From Nitrososphaeraceae archaeon (GTDB lineage Archaea; Thermoproteota; Nitrososphaeria; Nitrososphaerales; Nitrososphaeraceae), in NCBI GenBank assembly GCA_044870765.1, contig JBIOZG010000050.1:1-14228 (forward strand): a DNA stretch of 14,228 nt. The letters run 5' to 3'. The notes beneath the pieces are model-generated. The model saw only the letters and a list, made by a program, of their open reading frames with translations, did not search any database and was not told where the DNA came from. Shown here one piece after another: positions 14,030-14,228 of this stretch. The position numbers and the translations under genes are program-made. Numbering within the stretch: the stretch's first letter is position 1; every line of letters begins with the position of its first letter.

Positions 14030-14227
14030 CTATGATTTGGCAAATTGTTCTATTATCTTGTCTATTTCAATTTTTATCTTGTGTTTTGCAAAAACACCAA
14101 GTACTGCTCCTATTTTTCCAAATTTAAGGTCTGCATCTATCTTTATTTCTGTACTTGAATCGGATTTTGCGTTTAACTCTATTATCAAAACCGTTCCCCT
14201 TGTATCCCCTTCAATAACTTCGCTTTT
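14030..14227 (-). CDS. SRPBCC/START-fold (polyketide cyclase-like) protein, C-terminal part (truncated by the window edge; absent from the ORF track)
   Basis: Manual translation gives ...KSEVIEGDTRGTVLIIELNAKSDSSTEIKIDADLKFGKIGAVLGVFAKHKIKIEIDKIIEQFAKS*, strands ending in the long amphipathic helix typical of SRPBCC proteins. Confidence 0.65.
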   Translation of the reverse strand, partial: KSEVIEGDTRGTVLIIELNAKSDSSTEIKIDADLKFGKIGAVLGVFAKHKIKIEIDKIIEQFAKS

Positions 14228-14228
14228 G

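Overview
AT-rich archaeal core-genome window. The protein families, leaderless-style TATA spacing and multi-intron tRNAs point to an ammonia-oxidising archaeon (Nitrososphaerota/Thaumarchaeota, probably Nitrososphaeraceae such as Nitrosocosmicus); the taxonomy is inference. It carries tRNA-modification and translation genes (truD 3' end, a stand-alone ArcTGT C-terminal/PUA protein, nac, mbf1-hflX-trm56, tiaS), the RPC34-like TFEbeta, a UbiD decarboxylase of probable anhydromevalonate-phosphate type, a divergent pair of LEA_2/WHy membrane proteins and several hypothetical proteins. Three tRNA genes (Gly-UCC, Leu-CAG, initiator Met) each carry two bulge-helix-bulge introns, and four of the six introns sit at non-canonical positions (18/19, 30/31, 52/53, 53/54). 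Other points of interest are a solo Cas4-like Fe-S protein that appears to have lost its nuclease motifs, a 44-aa membrane microprotein missed by the ORF track, a perfect 39-bp in-frame duplication in mbf1, and divergent YqgF-like, DUF218-like and PAC4-like proteins. I saw no CRISPR array, integrase or transposase, and no clearly new multi-gene system.
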